28,531 nt of DNA from an uncultured archaeon (GTDB taxonomy: Archaea > Nanohalarchaeota > Nanosalinia > Nanosalinales > Nanohalalkaliarchaeaceae): positions 2,836-31,366 of the forward strand of contig CAZAFX010000002.1 of NCBI GenBank assembly GCA_964484895.1, read 5' to 3'. Positions within the stretch are counted from its first letter, which is position 1. Each line of letters starts with the position of its first letter. This document shows, piece after piece, positions 16,421 to 24,380 of this stretch. The translations under genes and the position numbers were made by a program. The notes beneath the pieces are model-generated. The model was not told the DNA's origin. It made no database searches and was given only the letters and a program-made list of their open reading frames with translations.

Positions 16421-18154
16421 ATGTGCGGAATCATCGGGTACAGCGGGGACGCGCAGGCGGCACCACGCATCCTGGACGGGCTGAAGGCGCTGGAGTACCG
16501 GGGATACGACTCCTCCGGGCTGGTCGTGCTGGATGATGACAGCCTGTCCGTGCGGAAGGCTGCTGACGAGCTGGACACGCTCGAGGAGCAGCACGATATC
16601 GTGGCGATGGACGGGCGGGTCGGCATCGGGCACACGCGGTGGGCGACCCACGGCGGCGTGACCGAGGCGAACGCGCATCCGCACACCTGCTGCACCGGCC
16701 GCGTCGCCATCGTCCACAACGGCATCCTGGAGAACTTCGAGGCGATGCGGGACGAGCTCGGCGACCACGATTTCACGTCCGAGACCGACTCCGAGGTCAT
16801 CGCCCATTTCCTCGGCGAGCGGCTTGAACAGGGGGAGGCGCCGGCGGAGGCGATCGCCGCGTTCATGGACCGGGCGGAGGGCACGCTCGCGGTCGTGGCG
16901 CTCGACCGGGAGACGGGGACGCTGTACGGGTTCAAGCGCGGGTCGCCGCTCGCGGTCGGCGTCGCGGATGGGGAGCACTACGTCGCGTCAGATGTGCACG
17001 CGTTCCTCGACCGGACCTCCGACGCGGTGTTCCTGCACGAGGACGAGTGCGTCGTCATCGATGGCGACGACGCCACCTACTTCCACGTGGAGGACGGGCG
17101 CGTGGAGAAGGAGGTGCGGGAGCTCGACGACGACCGCGCCGGGACCGGGAAGCAGGGGTACGACCACCATATGCACAAGGAGATCATGGAGCAGCCGGAC
17201 GCACTGCGGCGGGCGGCGGCGTCGCTCGACAACGCGCAGGCGGAGACGGTCGACCGGTTCGCGGCGCTGCTGGAGGACCACAGCAAGGTCATCTTCACCG
17301 CCGCCGGCACCTCGTACCACGCGTCGCTGCTCGGCGTCTACTTCCTGCAGAAGGCGGGCATCGAGGCGCAGACACTGATCGCGTCCGAGTTCCAACACTA
17401 CGAGCGCGTGGACGACGACACGCTCCTCGTCGCGGTGTCGCAGAGCGGGGAGACCCGGGACACGCTGGACGCCATCGACTACTCCAAGGAACGGGGCGCG
17501 ACGGTCGCATCCATCGTCAACATGCCGCACTCCTCCATCCAGCGGGAGAGCGCGGTGTCGCTGGAAATCCAGGCCGGGCAGGAGACCTGCGTCGCGGCCA
17601 CGAAGACCTATACCAACACCGTCTACACGCTGCTCCGGCTCGCCGCCGCGGCCGGCTACGACGCCGACCTCGACGGCGTGGCCGACAACCTGCAGCGGGT
17701 CATCGACGACAACGAGGAGACCGTGGCAGCGCTCGCCGCAGACCTGGCCGACCAGGACGACATGTACGTCATCGGCCGCGGCGCCACCTACCCCGTGTCG
17801 CGGGAGATCGCACTGAAGCTGAAGGAGATTCCATACGTCCACGCCGAGGGGATGATGGGCGGCGAACTGAAGCACGGCACGCTCGCGCTCATCGAGGACG
17901 GCACACCCGTCTTCGCGCTCGTCCCGGAGGCAGACGACGACATCGTGTCGAACGTCCACGAGATCGAGGCCCGCGGCGGCAACGTCATCCAGATCTCGCC
18001 GTACCACGGCCGGTTCGACCTGCCGGAGGACCGGGATGGCTTCCCGCTGTACGCCACTACCATCGGCTTCCTGCTGGCGTACCATCTCGGCGTCGAGCGG
18101 GGCTGCCCGATCGACAAGCCGCGGAACCTTGCGAAGACCGTCACCGTCCGCTGA
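16421..18154 (+). CDS. glmS: Glutamine--fructose-6-phosphate aminotransferase (577 aa)
   Basis: MCGIIG with catalytic Cys, HTRWATHG, HNGI, ETDSEV, SQSGET, ELKHG, PRNLAKTVTV. Confidence 0.97.
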   Translation: MCGIIGYSGDAQAAPRILDGLKALEYRGYDSSGLVVLDDDSLSVRKAADELDTLEEQHDIVAMDGRVGIGHTRWATHGGVTEANAHPHTCCTGRVAIVHNGILENFEAMRDELGDHDFTSETDSEVIAHFLGERLEQGEAPAEAIAAFMDRAEGTLAVVALDRETGTLYGFKRGSPLAVGVADGEHYVASDVHAFLDRTSDAVFLHEDECVVIDGDDATYFHVEDGRVEKEVRELDDDRAGTGKQGYDHHMHKEIMEQPDALRRAAASLDNAQAETVDRFAALLEDHSKVIFTAAGTSYHASLLGVYFLQKAGIEAQTLIASEFQHYERVDDDTLLVAVSQSGETRDTLDAIDYSKERGATVASIVNMPHSSIQRESAVSLEIQAGQETCVAATKTYTNTVYTLLRLAAAAGYDADLDGVADNLQRVIDDNEETVAALAADLADQDDMYVIGRGATYPVSREIALKLKEIPYVHAEGMMGGELKHGTLALIEDGTPVFALVPEADDDIVSNVHEIEARGGNVIQISPYHGRFDLPEDRDGFPLYATTIGFLLAYHLGVERGCPIDKPRNLAKTVTVR

Positions 18155-18156
18155 GC

Positions 18157-18504
18157 CTACTCACCGAGCACGACCGCGGCACCGACCGCCTTCACGTTCA
18201 TCATGCCGCCGTTCCCGACGACCTCGTCCTCCAGCTCCACACCGATGACCGCGTCCGCACCGCGGTCCTGCGCCTCGTTCACGAGCTCGCGGAGCGCCTG
18301 CTCCTGCGCATCCTGCAGCGTGTTCTCCCACGACCGCGATCGACCCCCGAAGAAGTTCCGGAGGCTTGCGAGGAAGTCCTTGCCCACGTGGCGGCCCGCC
18401 GTCACGTCCGACACCACCACGCCGAGATGCTCCGTAACGGTTTCGTCGAGATCGTGCGCCGCCGTCACCACCAGTTCCGTGTCATCGAAGCTGAACGCGG
18501 ACAT
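18157..18504 (-). CDS. YbjQ/UPF0145 family protein (115 aa)
   Basis: GRHVGKDFLASLRNFFGGRS, ADAVIGV, GAAV motifs. Confidence 0.9.
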   Translation of the reverse strand: MSAFSFDDTELVVTAAHDLDETVTEHLGVVVSDVTAGRHVGKDFLASLRNFFGGRSRSWENTLQDAQEQALRELVNEAQDRGADAVIGVELEDEVVGNGGMMNVKAVGAAVVLGE

Positions 18505-18557
18505 GGCGGCAGCCGCGGACGCATGCTATAAAAACCTGCCGACGGAAGCCCGCAGTG

Positions 18558-19235
18558 ATGGCCGAGCCGGATGCCGCGGAGCGGAACTACATCCTGCGGA
18601 AGGATGCCGCCGGCGTGCCGCCAAAGGAGATCGCTGACGGGCTGGACCGGGAGGACGCGATGGAGACCGTGGAATCGGTGCTGGCGGCGGAGTGGTACGG
18701 TGCATACCGCCTCGACGACGCCTCCCCCGTCGAACAGTACGAGGTCCTGCTCCGGGCGGTGTACGGCATCGAATCAGGATACTTCACCAGCATCGCCCAG
18801 CAGCCGTTCAGCCGCCTCCTGTCCTTCACCACGGTCAACGCCGCGCTCCCCGCGCTCGTCATCGCGCTCGTGCTCGCGCCGTTCATGTCAGAGATTGCGG
18901 CCGGCCCGCTCCCGGCCGTCACCGGACCCGCGCTACCGTTCCTCGGCGTCACAGCCGCGCTCCTCGGCTGGACCGCTGTCACGGCCGGGGTCGGCACCGT
19001 CCTCGTCCACCTGTTCGGCGGCCGCGACCCCCGGACGACGGTGAAGCTGTTCCTGAGCCTGTCCGCGTTCTACACCGCGTACTGGATCCCGGTGCTCAAC
19101 GCGTTCGCCCTCCTCTACAGCGGCATCGCCACGGTCCGCGGCATCGAAATCGCGCACGGCCTCGACTTCCCGCGCGCCCTCGCCGTCACCGTCCTCACGC
19201 CGCTCACCCCGGTCATCGTCCTCGCCGCGCTGTGA
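18558..19235 (+). CDS. Yip1-like membrane protein with acidic N-terminal domain (225 aa)
   Basis: HLFGG, WIPVLN and GIEIAHGL..RA pattern; about 5 TM helices. Confidence 0.65.
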   Translation: MAEPDAAERNYILRKDAAGVPPKEIADGLDREDAMETVESVLAAEWYGAYRLDDASPVEQYEVLLRAVYGIESGYFTSIAQQPFSRLLSFTTVNAALPALVIALVLAPFMSEIAAGPLPAVTGPALPFLGVTAALLGWTAVTAGVGTVLVHLFGGRDPRTTVKLFLSLSAFYTAYWIPVLNAFALLYSGIATVRGIEIAHGLDFPRALAVTVLTPLTPVIVLAAL

Positions 19236-19305
19236 CCACCGGCACGGTTTTAAAGCATCGGCCGACCTTTCAACACCACGCGCCACCCGGCGCTGCTACA
19301 CGCAT

Positions 19306-19388
<83 letters not shown>

Positions 19389-19390
19389 CT

Positions 19391-19735
19391 ATGGAGCTGT
19401 ACGACCTGCCGCAGGGCGCCATCTCCATCGCGCACTGCGACGCGGAGCTGTGCATCGGGACGCTTGAACTCGACCCGGACAGTGCGCTCGACCGGCATAA
19501 CCGGCCGGTCGACGAGGAGCTCATCCAGCTGCATGGCAGCTGCGTGATGACGCTGTGGTAGGACGGGGAGAGCCGGGATGTCCGGCTCGAGCCAGGCGAC
19601 ACGCTGACCATCCCTGCCTACTAGGACCACCAGCATACCAACCCGACCGACAGCACGTCGGTCACGATGTGGCGGTTCGACGGAGACATCCGCGGCATCA
19701 TCAACGATATCCGGGACGGGTTCGAGCAGACGTAG
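19391..19735 (+). pseudogene. Cupin-domain gene (114 codons) interrupted by two in-frame TAG codons (19559-19561, 19622-19624); pseudogene or readthrough gene
   Basis: MELYDLPQGAISIAHCDAELCIGTLELDPDSALDRHNRPVDEELIQLHGSCVMTLW*DGESRDVRLEPGDTLTIPAY*DHQHTNPTDSTSVTMWRFDGDIRGIINDIRDGFEQT*; both cupin motifs stay in one frame. Confidence 0.8.
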
Positions 19736-19806
19736 CCTGAACGTGTTTTTAGCGCATTTCACTCTGCGGTGCAGTGCTTAAAAGCTTAGATGCAGGCTGT
19801 AGCGCT

Positions 19807-20169
19807 ATGCAGGAGACATACCGCGGGGATCGGACTGGTATCGAGGCCGATGTCACAGAAACCAGCGCCCCTGACGGGACGTACGCTATCGAGATTACAT
19901 TTTCCGAGGATTTCGATGGGTCGCTCTATCCCGGTGTGGCCGGGACGGAGATGCAGGAGCTGGCCGAAGAGCTGTACACTGAGGAAGACCATTTCGAGGC
20001 ACTGTACGTGAGCGACGGCGAGGCAGTGCTCCTGTTTCCGGATGACGACCCCGAGAAAGCTGCGCAGGTTGTTGAAGGCGTCGTTGAGAATGTTGATCGG
20101 TACTTCGCTCAACTTGGTGATGCTCCTCTCGAGGAGTATCTGGCTGAACTCGATATGGACGGAATCTAA
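19807..20169 (+). CDS. Very acidic hypothetical protein (120 aa), lower GC
   Basis: CTTAAAAG box about 23 nt upstream; about 56% GC by hand count; many A/T-ending codons. Confidence 0.7.
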   Translation: MQETYRGDRTGIEADVTETSAPDGTYAIEITFSEDFDGSLYPGVAGTEMQELAEELYTEEDHFEALYVSDGEAVLLFPDDDPEKAAQVVEGVVENVDRYFAQLGDAPLEEYLAELDMDGI

Positions 20170-20217
20170 CTGACACATCCCCCAACCTATTTGTAGGCGC
20201 GGCGCGCCTGTACCGGT

Positions 20218-20625
20218 ATGGCGGACGACGGGGAGCGGCATCCGGCGCTGGCGCACGCGTACATCGGGCTGTGGTTCCTCGCTGGTATCGGGTTCGCCCT
20301 GGCGGTGCTGCTGGACATGCCGTTCATCGGGAGTGGCGTTTTCGCTGCGCTCGTGCTGGGTGCGGCCGGGCTGGAGTACTACAACACCGGCGAGCTGTTC
20401 ACCGAGGAGGACCGCGTGCTGCACGAGGAGGTCAGCGGACATACGACCGCGGTGCTTGGTGTCGTGGCGGCGGTCACGTTCCCGGCGCTCGCGGCCGCGG
20501 ACGTGCTGGGCGTGGTCCCGTGGCCGGCGGGGGCTGGCGTCGCGGCGCTCGTGGTGGCCGCGGTGTTCATCGCGTACGGCCTCGTCTCGTTCGTGATGGT
20601 CGGCGACCACGATACGGAGCTGTGA
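20218..20625 (+). CDS. DUF2178-like membrane protein (135 aa)
   Basis: LFTEEDRVLHEEVSG followed by VTFPAL; 4 TM helices. Confidence 0.65.
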   Translation: MADDGERHPALAHAYIGLWFLAGIGFALAVLLDMPFIGSGVFAALVLGAAGLEYYNTGELFTEEDRVLHEEVSGHTTAVLGVVAAVTFPALAAADVLGVVPWPAGAGVAALVVAAVFIAYGLVSFVMVGDHDTEL

Positions 20626-20682
20626 CGGTGATGGCCAGTTACAGGTGGTACCCTGGCTGATATCGTATCGGTACTGACGGGG

Positions 20683-21303
20683 ATGGGGCTGTCGCAGGCG
20701 GCCGCTGTCGCGGTGTGGCGGCCGTTCCTCATCCATCTCGTGGGTCTCGTCCTGTACAGCGTGTTCGTGTTCGAGTTCTACCGGTTCATCGCGCGGAAGG
20801 ACATCTTCACGGTCCGGCTGGAGCAGTACGCCGGGGTGCTCTCCGTCCTTGAGAACGCGGTGCGGGTCGTGCTGTACGTCGGCGAGTACGTGGTCCTGTT
20901 CCCGCTGTTCACGGTTGCTTGGTTCCTCGTGTTCACCGTGCTGCTCGCGTTGCTCGGTACCGGGCAGGGGATTGACACCCTTCTCCTCACCAGCATGACG
21001 GTCGTCACCGCCATCCGGGCGACGGCGTACTACCACGAGTCGCTCTCCCAGGACATCGCCAAGATGCTGCCGTTCGCCCTGCTCGGCGGGTTCCTCGTTG
21101 ATGGAGGCCAGGCGGCGTCGGTCGCCGATATCGCCGCGGTTATCACCGGGCTGCCGGGCATGTGGGTGACCGTGGTCTACTACCTCGTGTTCCTCATCGT
21201 GATGGAGTTCCTGCTCCGTATCCTAGATGTCGTGCGCGGCGGCACGTTCGGCGCGGCCCCGGAACGGGGGACGGACGAGGCAGGGACGCCGGATGCGCAC
21301 TGA
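20683..21303 (+). CDS. Conserved hypothetical membrane protein (206 aa)
   Basis: FYRFIARKDIF and IRATAYYHESLSQDIAKMLPFALL motifs; 5-6 TM helices. Confidence 0.75.
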   Translation: MGLSQAAAVAVWRPFLIHLVGLVLYSVFVFEFYRFIARKDIFTVRLEQYAGVLSVLENAVRVVLYVGEYVVLFPLFTVAWFLVFTVLLALLGTGQGIDTLLLTSMTVVTAIRATAYYHESLSQDIAKMLPFALLGGFLVDGGQAASVADIAAVITGLPGMWVTVVYYLVFLIVMEFLLRILDVVRGGTFGAAPERGTDEAGTPDAH

Positions 21304-21308
21304 CCGTG

Positions 21309-21977
21309 CTACCGGGTGTATGCCACGAGGAGCGACCCGGTGAAGACGGCGAGCCCGACCTCCGAGGGGACGCGCATCCCGAACTGGGAGAGCGCGATGG
21401 TGAGCACCGCGGCCGCGCCGCCACGGCGGACGTAGCCGAGCGTGAGCTGCTCCGCGTTGAGGTAGGTGGCCGCGTACAGGCCGACCACCGCGACCGCTGC
21501 CGTGACAAGGGCCGGCGCGACGTAGGCGAGGCTGAACCGGAGCGCCTCCGGATTCTTCACCGAGAGCACGAACCCGGTGAGGAGGATGCCTGCCGTGGAG
21601 AGCTTGCCGGACGCCGGCAGGTCCGCGAGCTGGGCGGCGATGACGAGGAGTGCGAGCCCGGCAGCGTACTGGAGCCGGTGGACGTGGAACGCCTGCTCGA
21701 ACGCGGGCGCCACGAGCGCGACCGCCACGGCACCCACCACGAGCACCGGGGCCGCCTGCATCACGATGCGGCGGGCCTCGCGCCGGGTCTCCGCGTGGCT
21801 GTAGAGTACGGCGAGTGCGCCGGCCCCGGTGAAGACCGTGAGGGCAATGGCGACCACGTCGCTGAACGTCTCGATCGCCCCGGTGACGAGGAGCGTGGCG
21901 AACACACCGTCCACCAGCGGGAGGCAAAGGACCACCACAAGCCGTTTGGCGCCGTCGTTATACTCGTCCAGAACCAT
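21309..21977 (-). CDS. DUF5794-like membrane protein (222 aa)
   Basis: LCLPLVDGVFATL N-terminal motif as in haloarchaeal DUF5794; about 7 TM helices. Confidence 0.7.
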   Translation of the reverse strand: MVLDEYNDGAKRLVVVLCLPLVDGVFATLLVTGAIETFSDVVAIALTVFTGAGALAVLYSHAETRREARRIVMQAAPVLVVGAVAVALVAPAFEQAFHVHRLQYAAGLALLVIAAQLADLPASGKLSTAGILLTGFVLSVKNPEALRFSLAYVAPALVTAAVAVVGLYAATYLNAEQLTLGYVRRGGAAAVLTIALSQFGMRVPSEVGLAVFTGSLLVAYTR

Positions 21978-22019
21978 GGAGAGAGAACACCCGCGCAGGA
22001 GGCGGCCGAGAAACGCATG

Positions 22020-22144
22020 GTCCTGGACTTCAACCCCAGAGCGGCTTAATATCCGCCCTGACATCGAAGCCCAGCGGCAGCGTGACGACTGTATGCATCA
22101 GAGAACCGAACCGTTGCATCGTCGCCGAACCGGCGGACGCTGCC
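22020..22144 (-). ncRNA. Unassigned structured RNA or 5' leader (two helical domains)
   Basis: Begins about 25 nt after the CTTATAAA box; GGCAGCG/CGCTGCC closing stem; 12-bp and 8-bp stems with G:U pairs on the minus strand. Confidence 0.55.
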
Positions 22145-22168
22145 ATACCGTAACAGTCCCTGTACAGC

Positions 22169-22176
22169 TTTATAAG
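22169..22176 (-). promoter_or_regulatory. TATA box CTTATAAA overlapping the last codons (TTA TAA) of the coiled-coil gene
   Basis: A rare TTA codon plus the TAA stop create a TATA box 25 nt upstream of the structured RNA. Confidence 0.6.
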
Positions 22177-23297
22177 TCCTTCCGTTGGTCCGCGTCAGCA
22201 TCGGCGACGAGGGAGACGACAAGATCGGAGAGTTCGACCGCGTCACTGCGCAGGTCTCCCAGCTCCTCGGCGACCGTTCGCAGCCGTTCCTCCGTGGTAT
22301 CGAGGCGGTCGTCGACGGCCGTGAGCTGCTCGGCGAACTCCTGCTCGTCCCGCAGCGTGTCGGCGTCGAGCTCGTCAAGCCGCATCTTGACGCCCTCCAG
22401 TTCGCTCTGGAGTGTGTCGACGTCCTCCTGTACGGCGCCAATGTCCGGGAGCCGTTCCGCGATGTCCTCGCGGAGGGCGGCGATTCTGCTGTCGAGCTCC
22501 GTGGCGTCGACCGTATCCTGCTCGAGCGTCGCGATGCGGGATTCGATATCTGTGCGGAGGTCAACGACCGTCTCCGCAAGCTCATCACCCGCGACCAGCG
22601 ACTCCGTGGCGGCCTCGATGCGGTCGCCGAGCGCGTCCCGGAGCTCGTTCAGTCGTGAATCGATCTCCTCTGCGTGGAGCATCCGGTCGAGCTCCGCGCC
22701 CACCATCGTCTTCATCTCCTGCTCCAGCTCGTTCACCGCGTCGTACAGCTGCTCCTCTGTCGCGTGCGCCTCCTGGGCGGCGTCGAGCCGATCCTCCAGC
22801 GCGTCCACCCGCTCCGCCATCTGTTCGCGGACCGCTGCGACTCGGTCGTCGACGGTCGCCTCCATTGCGTCGAGCCGGTCCTCGGTCCGGGTGTCCATGG
22901 CCGAGATGCGGTCGTCGAGGTCGGCGAGGTCCTCCTCTATCTGGACCTGTTCCTCGTTGAGCCGTTCGACCGCGTCGCTGATCCTGTCCTGGAGCTCCTG
23001 CCGGGCCTGCGTCAGCTCCTGCTCCAGGATGGCATCCTCCACCGTCTCCTCCATCTCCACCTCCTGCAGGCGGTTGATGATGCCGGAAACGTCGACCTCG
23101 TCCTCCTCGACATCGAGGATGTCCTCGCGCAGCTGTGCGGCGTCGACCTTCCCCTCGATGGCGACATGGGTGAGCAGCTTGCTGATCTCCTTCATGGCCG
23201 TATTGAGTTGGTACTGGTTCCGGCGCAGCACCTCCAGCTGCTCCTCGAGCCCCTCGAACTCGGGGGACGGTCCGTCGGAAGATCGTAGCAGCCCCAT
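22170..23297 (-). CDS. Long acidic coiled-coil protein (375 aa)
   Basis: Continuous amphipathic helical repeats (LEDRLD, LDSRIAAL, VDDRLD); no TM or signal peptide; TTTTAAG box upstream. Confidence 0.85.
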   Translation of the reverse strand: MGLLRSSDGPSPEFEGLEEQLEVLRRNQYQLNTAMKEISKLLTHVAIEGKVDAAQLREDILDVEEDEVDVSGIINRLQEVEMEETVEDAILEQELTQARQELQDRISDAVERLNEEQVQIEEDLADLDDRISAMDTRTEDRLDAMEATVDDRVAAVREQMAERVDALEDRLDAAQEAHATEEQLYDAVNELEQEMKTMVGAELDRMLHAEEIDSRLNELRDALGDRIEAATESLVAGDELAETVVDLRTDIESRIATLEQDTVDATELDSRIAALREDIAERLPDIGAVQEDVDTLQSELEGVKMRLDELDADTLRDEQEFAEQLTAVDDRLDTTEERLRTVAEELGDLRSDAVELSDLVVSLVADADADQRKDL

Positions 23298-23349
23298 CGT
23301 CGCACCCTTCGGATGTACGTTACGCGGCCTCCTTAAAATAGATGCGGCC

Positions 23350-24306
23350 CTACCGGGCGCGGAACACCGGTTCGCCGGCATCGATGACCGTGGTGCCGTC
23401 GAACGTGACCGTCGGCTCCTCGCAGACCGTGTCCCAGTGGACGTCGCAGTCCACGGCATGGTCGTCGCCGTCCGGCACCATCGACGAGCTGTCCCCGAAC
23501 GCGACATGGACCGTGCCCAGCACCTTCTCATCCTGCAGCGTCTGCCCGATCAGCGTCGCCGCCGGGTTCGTCCCGACGCCGAACTCCGCCACGGTCCGCG
23601 CGCCCGCGACCTCGTCGAACGCCGCCGCCAGCTCGGAGCCCGCATCGCCCGGGTGCTCGACGGCGACCGCCTCGTTCCCCTCAATCTCCACGACCGTGCC
23701 CGACGGTGCGTGCGGGAAATGATCGATGACGAGCGTGCCCGATGCAGCGACCGGAGCGCCGAACGCCTCCCCGGCCGGCAGGTTCCCGAACGCCCCGGGG
23801 TCGTGGATGATGCCGGTGTCGGTGTGGAAGTAGCCGGGCCGGACGTCGAACGTGAGATCTGTGCCGGACGGCGTCTCCACGTGCACCTCCGACGTGTCCC
23901 GCAGTAGGTCGTACACCGCCTCCGACAGCCGCTTCACCTCGTCGTAGTCCGCGAGCAGCGACGCCGTCCAGATCTCGCGCGTGATGCCTGGCATCGTCGC
24001 GCCGCGGGCGCCGGCGGCGCAGGCGTCGCGGCGGGAGCGAGTGTGGCTCAGCGACTTCCGCGTGGGAGCGATGAAGACATCGGCCTCGCGCATCGCCTCC
24101 GCCACGGCCTCCGGCGGCTCCATCCCGCTGCGCTCCGGCTCCGGGTAGGTGTGGTAGTCGAACGTGACCGGGCGGTCACCCAGCACGGTGAGGAGAGCGT
24201 CGATGAGATCCTCGTCGTTCCCATCGTTGATCACGGCGATGTGCTCGCCCGCCTGCACGGCGAGGCACTGGTCAATCACGGTCTCGGCACCGGCCTGGAG
24301 CGACAT
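23350..24306 (-). CDS. M29-type aminopeptidase (AmpS/PepT-like, COG2309; 318 aa)
   Basis: GNLPAGE, AEFGVGTN, DEKVLGTVHVAFG and HWD motifs. Confidence 0.88.
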   Translation of the reverse strand: MSLQAGAETVIDQCLAVQAGEHIAVINDGNDEDLIDALLTVLGDRPVTFDYHTYPEPERSGMEPPEAVAEAMREADVFIAPTRKSLSHTRSRRDACAAGARGATMPGITREIWTASLLADYDEVKRLSEAVYDLLRDTSEVHVETPSGTDLTFDVRPGYFHTDTGIIHDPGAFGNLPAGEAFGAPVAASGTLVIDHFPHAPSGTVVEIEGNEAVAVEHPGDAGSELAAAFDEVAGARTVAEFGVGTNPAATLIGQTLQDEKVLGTVHVAFGDSSSMVPDGDDHAVDCDVHWDTVCEEPTVTFDGTTVIDAGEPVFRAR

Positions 24307-24380
24307 GCCTGCCTGTTGCTGGCGACGCCATAAAAACGACACGGTAAGGTTTACATACCGCGGCGGGCAAGGCGTGCCGC

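Noticed and set aside
20195-20209. Dyad AGGCGCG-G-CGCGCCT upstream of the DUF2178-like gene
   Set aside because: It is almost all G/C and readily arises by chance at this base composition; no second copy was seen.
20631-20682. Possible frameshifted N-terminal extension (MAVTGGTLADIVSVLTG) of the 20683 gene
   Set aside because: It requires deleting one base, and the ATG at 20683 with a GGGG upstream already gives a plausible complete protein.
22075-22144. 5' domain of the minus-strand RNA as a tRNA or a fluoride/yybP riboswitch
   Set aside because: It has a 7-bp closing stem but no TTC loop or valid anticodon arm, and shows only fragmentary motif similarity (GGCGA, CTGATG, GTCGTCA) without the required pairings.
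22030-22146. 38-codon leaderless ORF MAASAGSATMQRFGSL... at the same putative TSS
   Set aside because: Its composition is not acidic like the proteome and the region is better explained by RNA helices with G:U pairs; it cannot be fully excluded without Ribo-seq.
21829-23907. 692-aa plus-strand ORF and other long shadow ORFs (229..1278, 12276..14207, 17047..18531, 9062..10099)
   Set aside because: They are antisense or off-frame to motif-bearing genes, are Ser/Arg/Pro-rich, and are expected artefacts of high GC.
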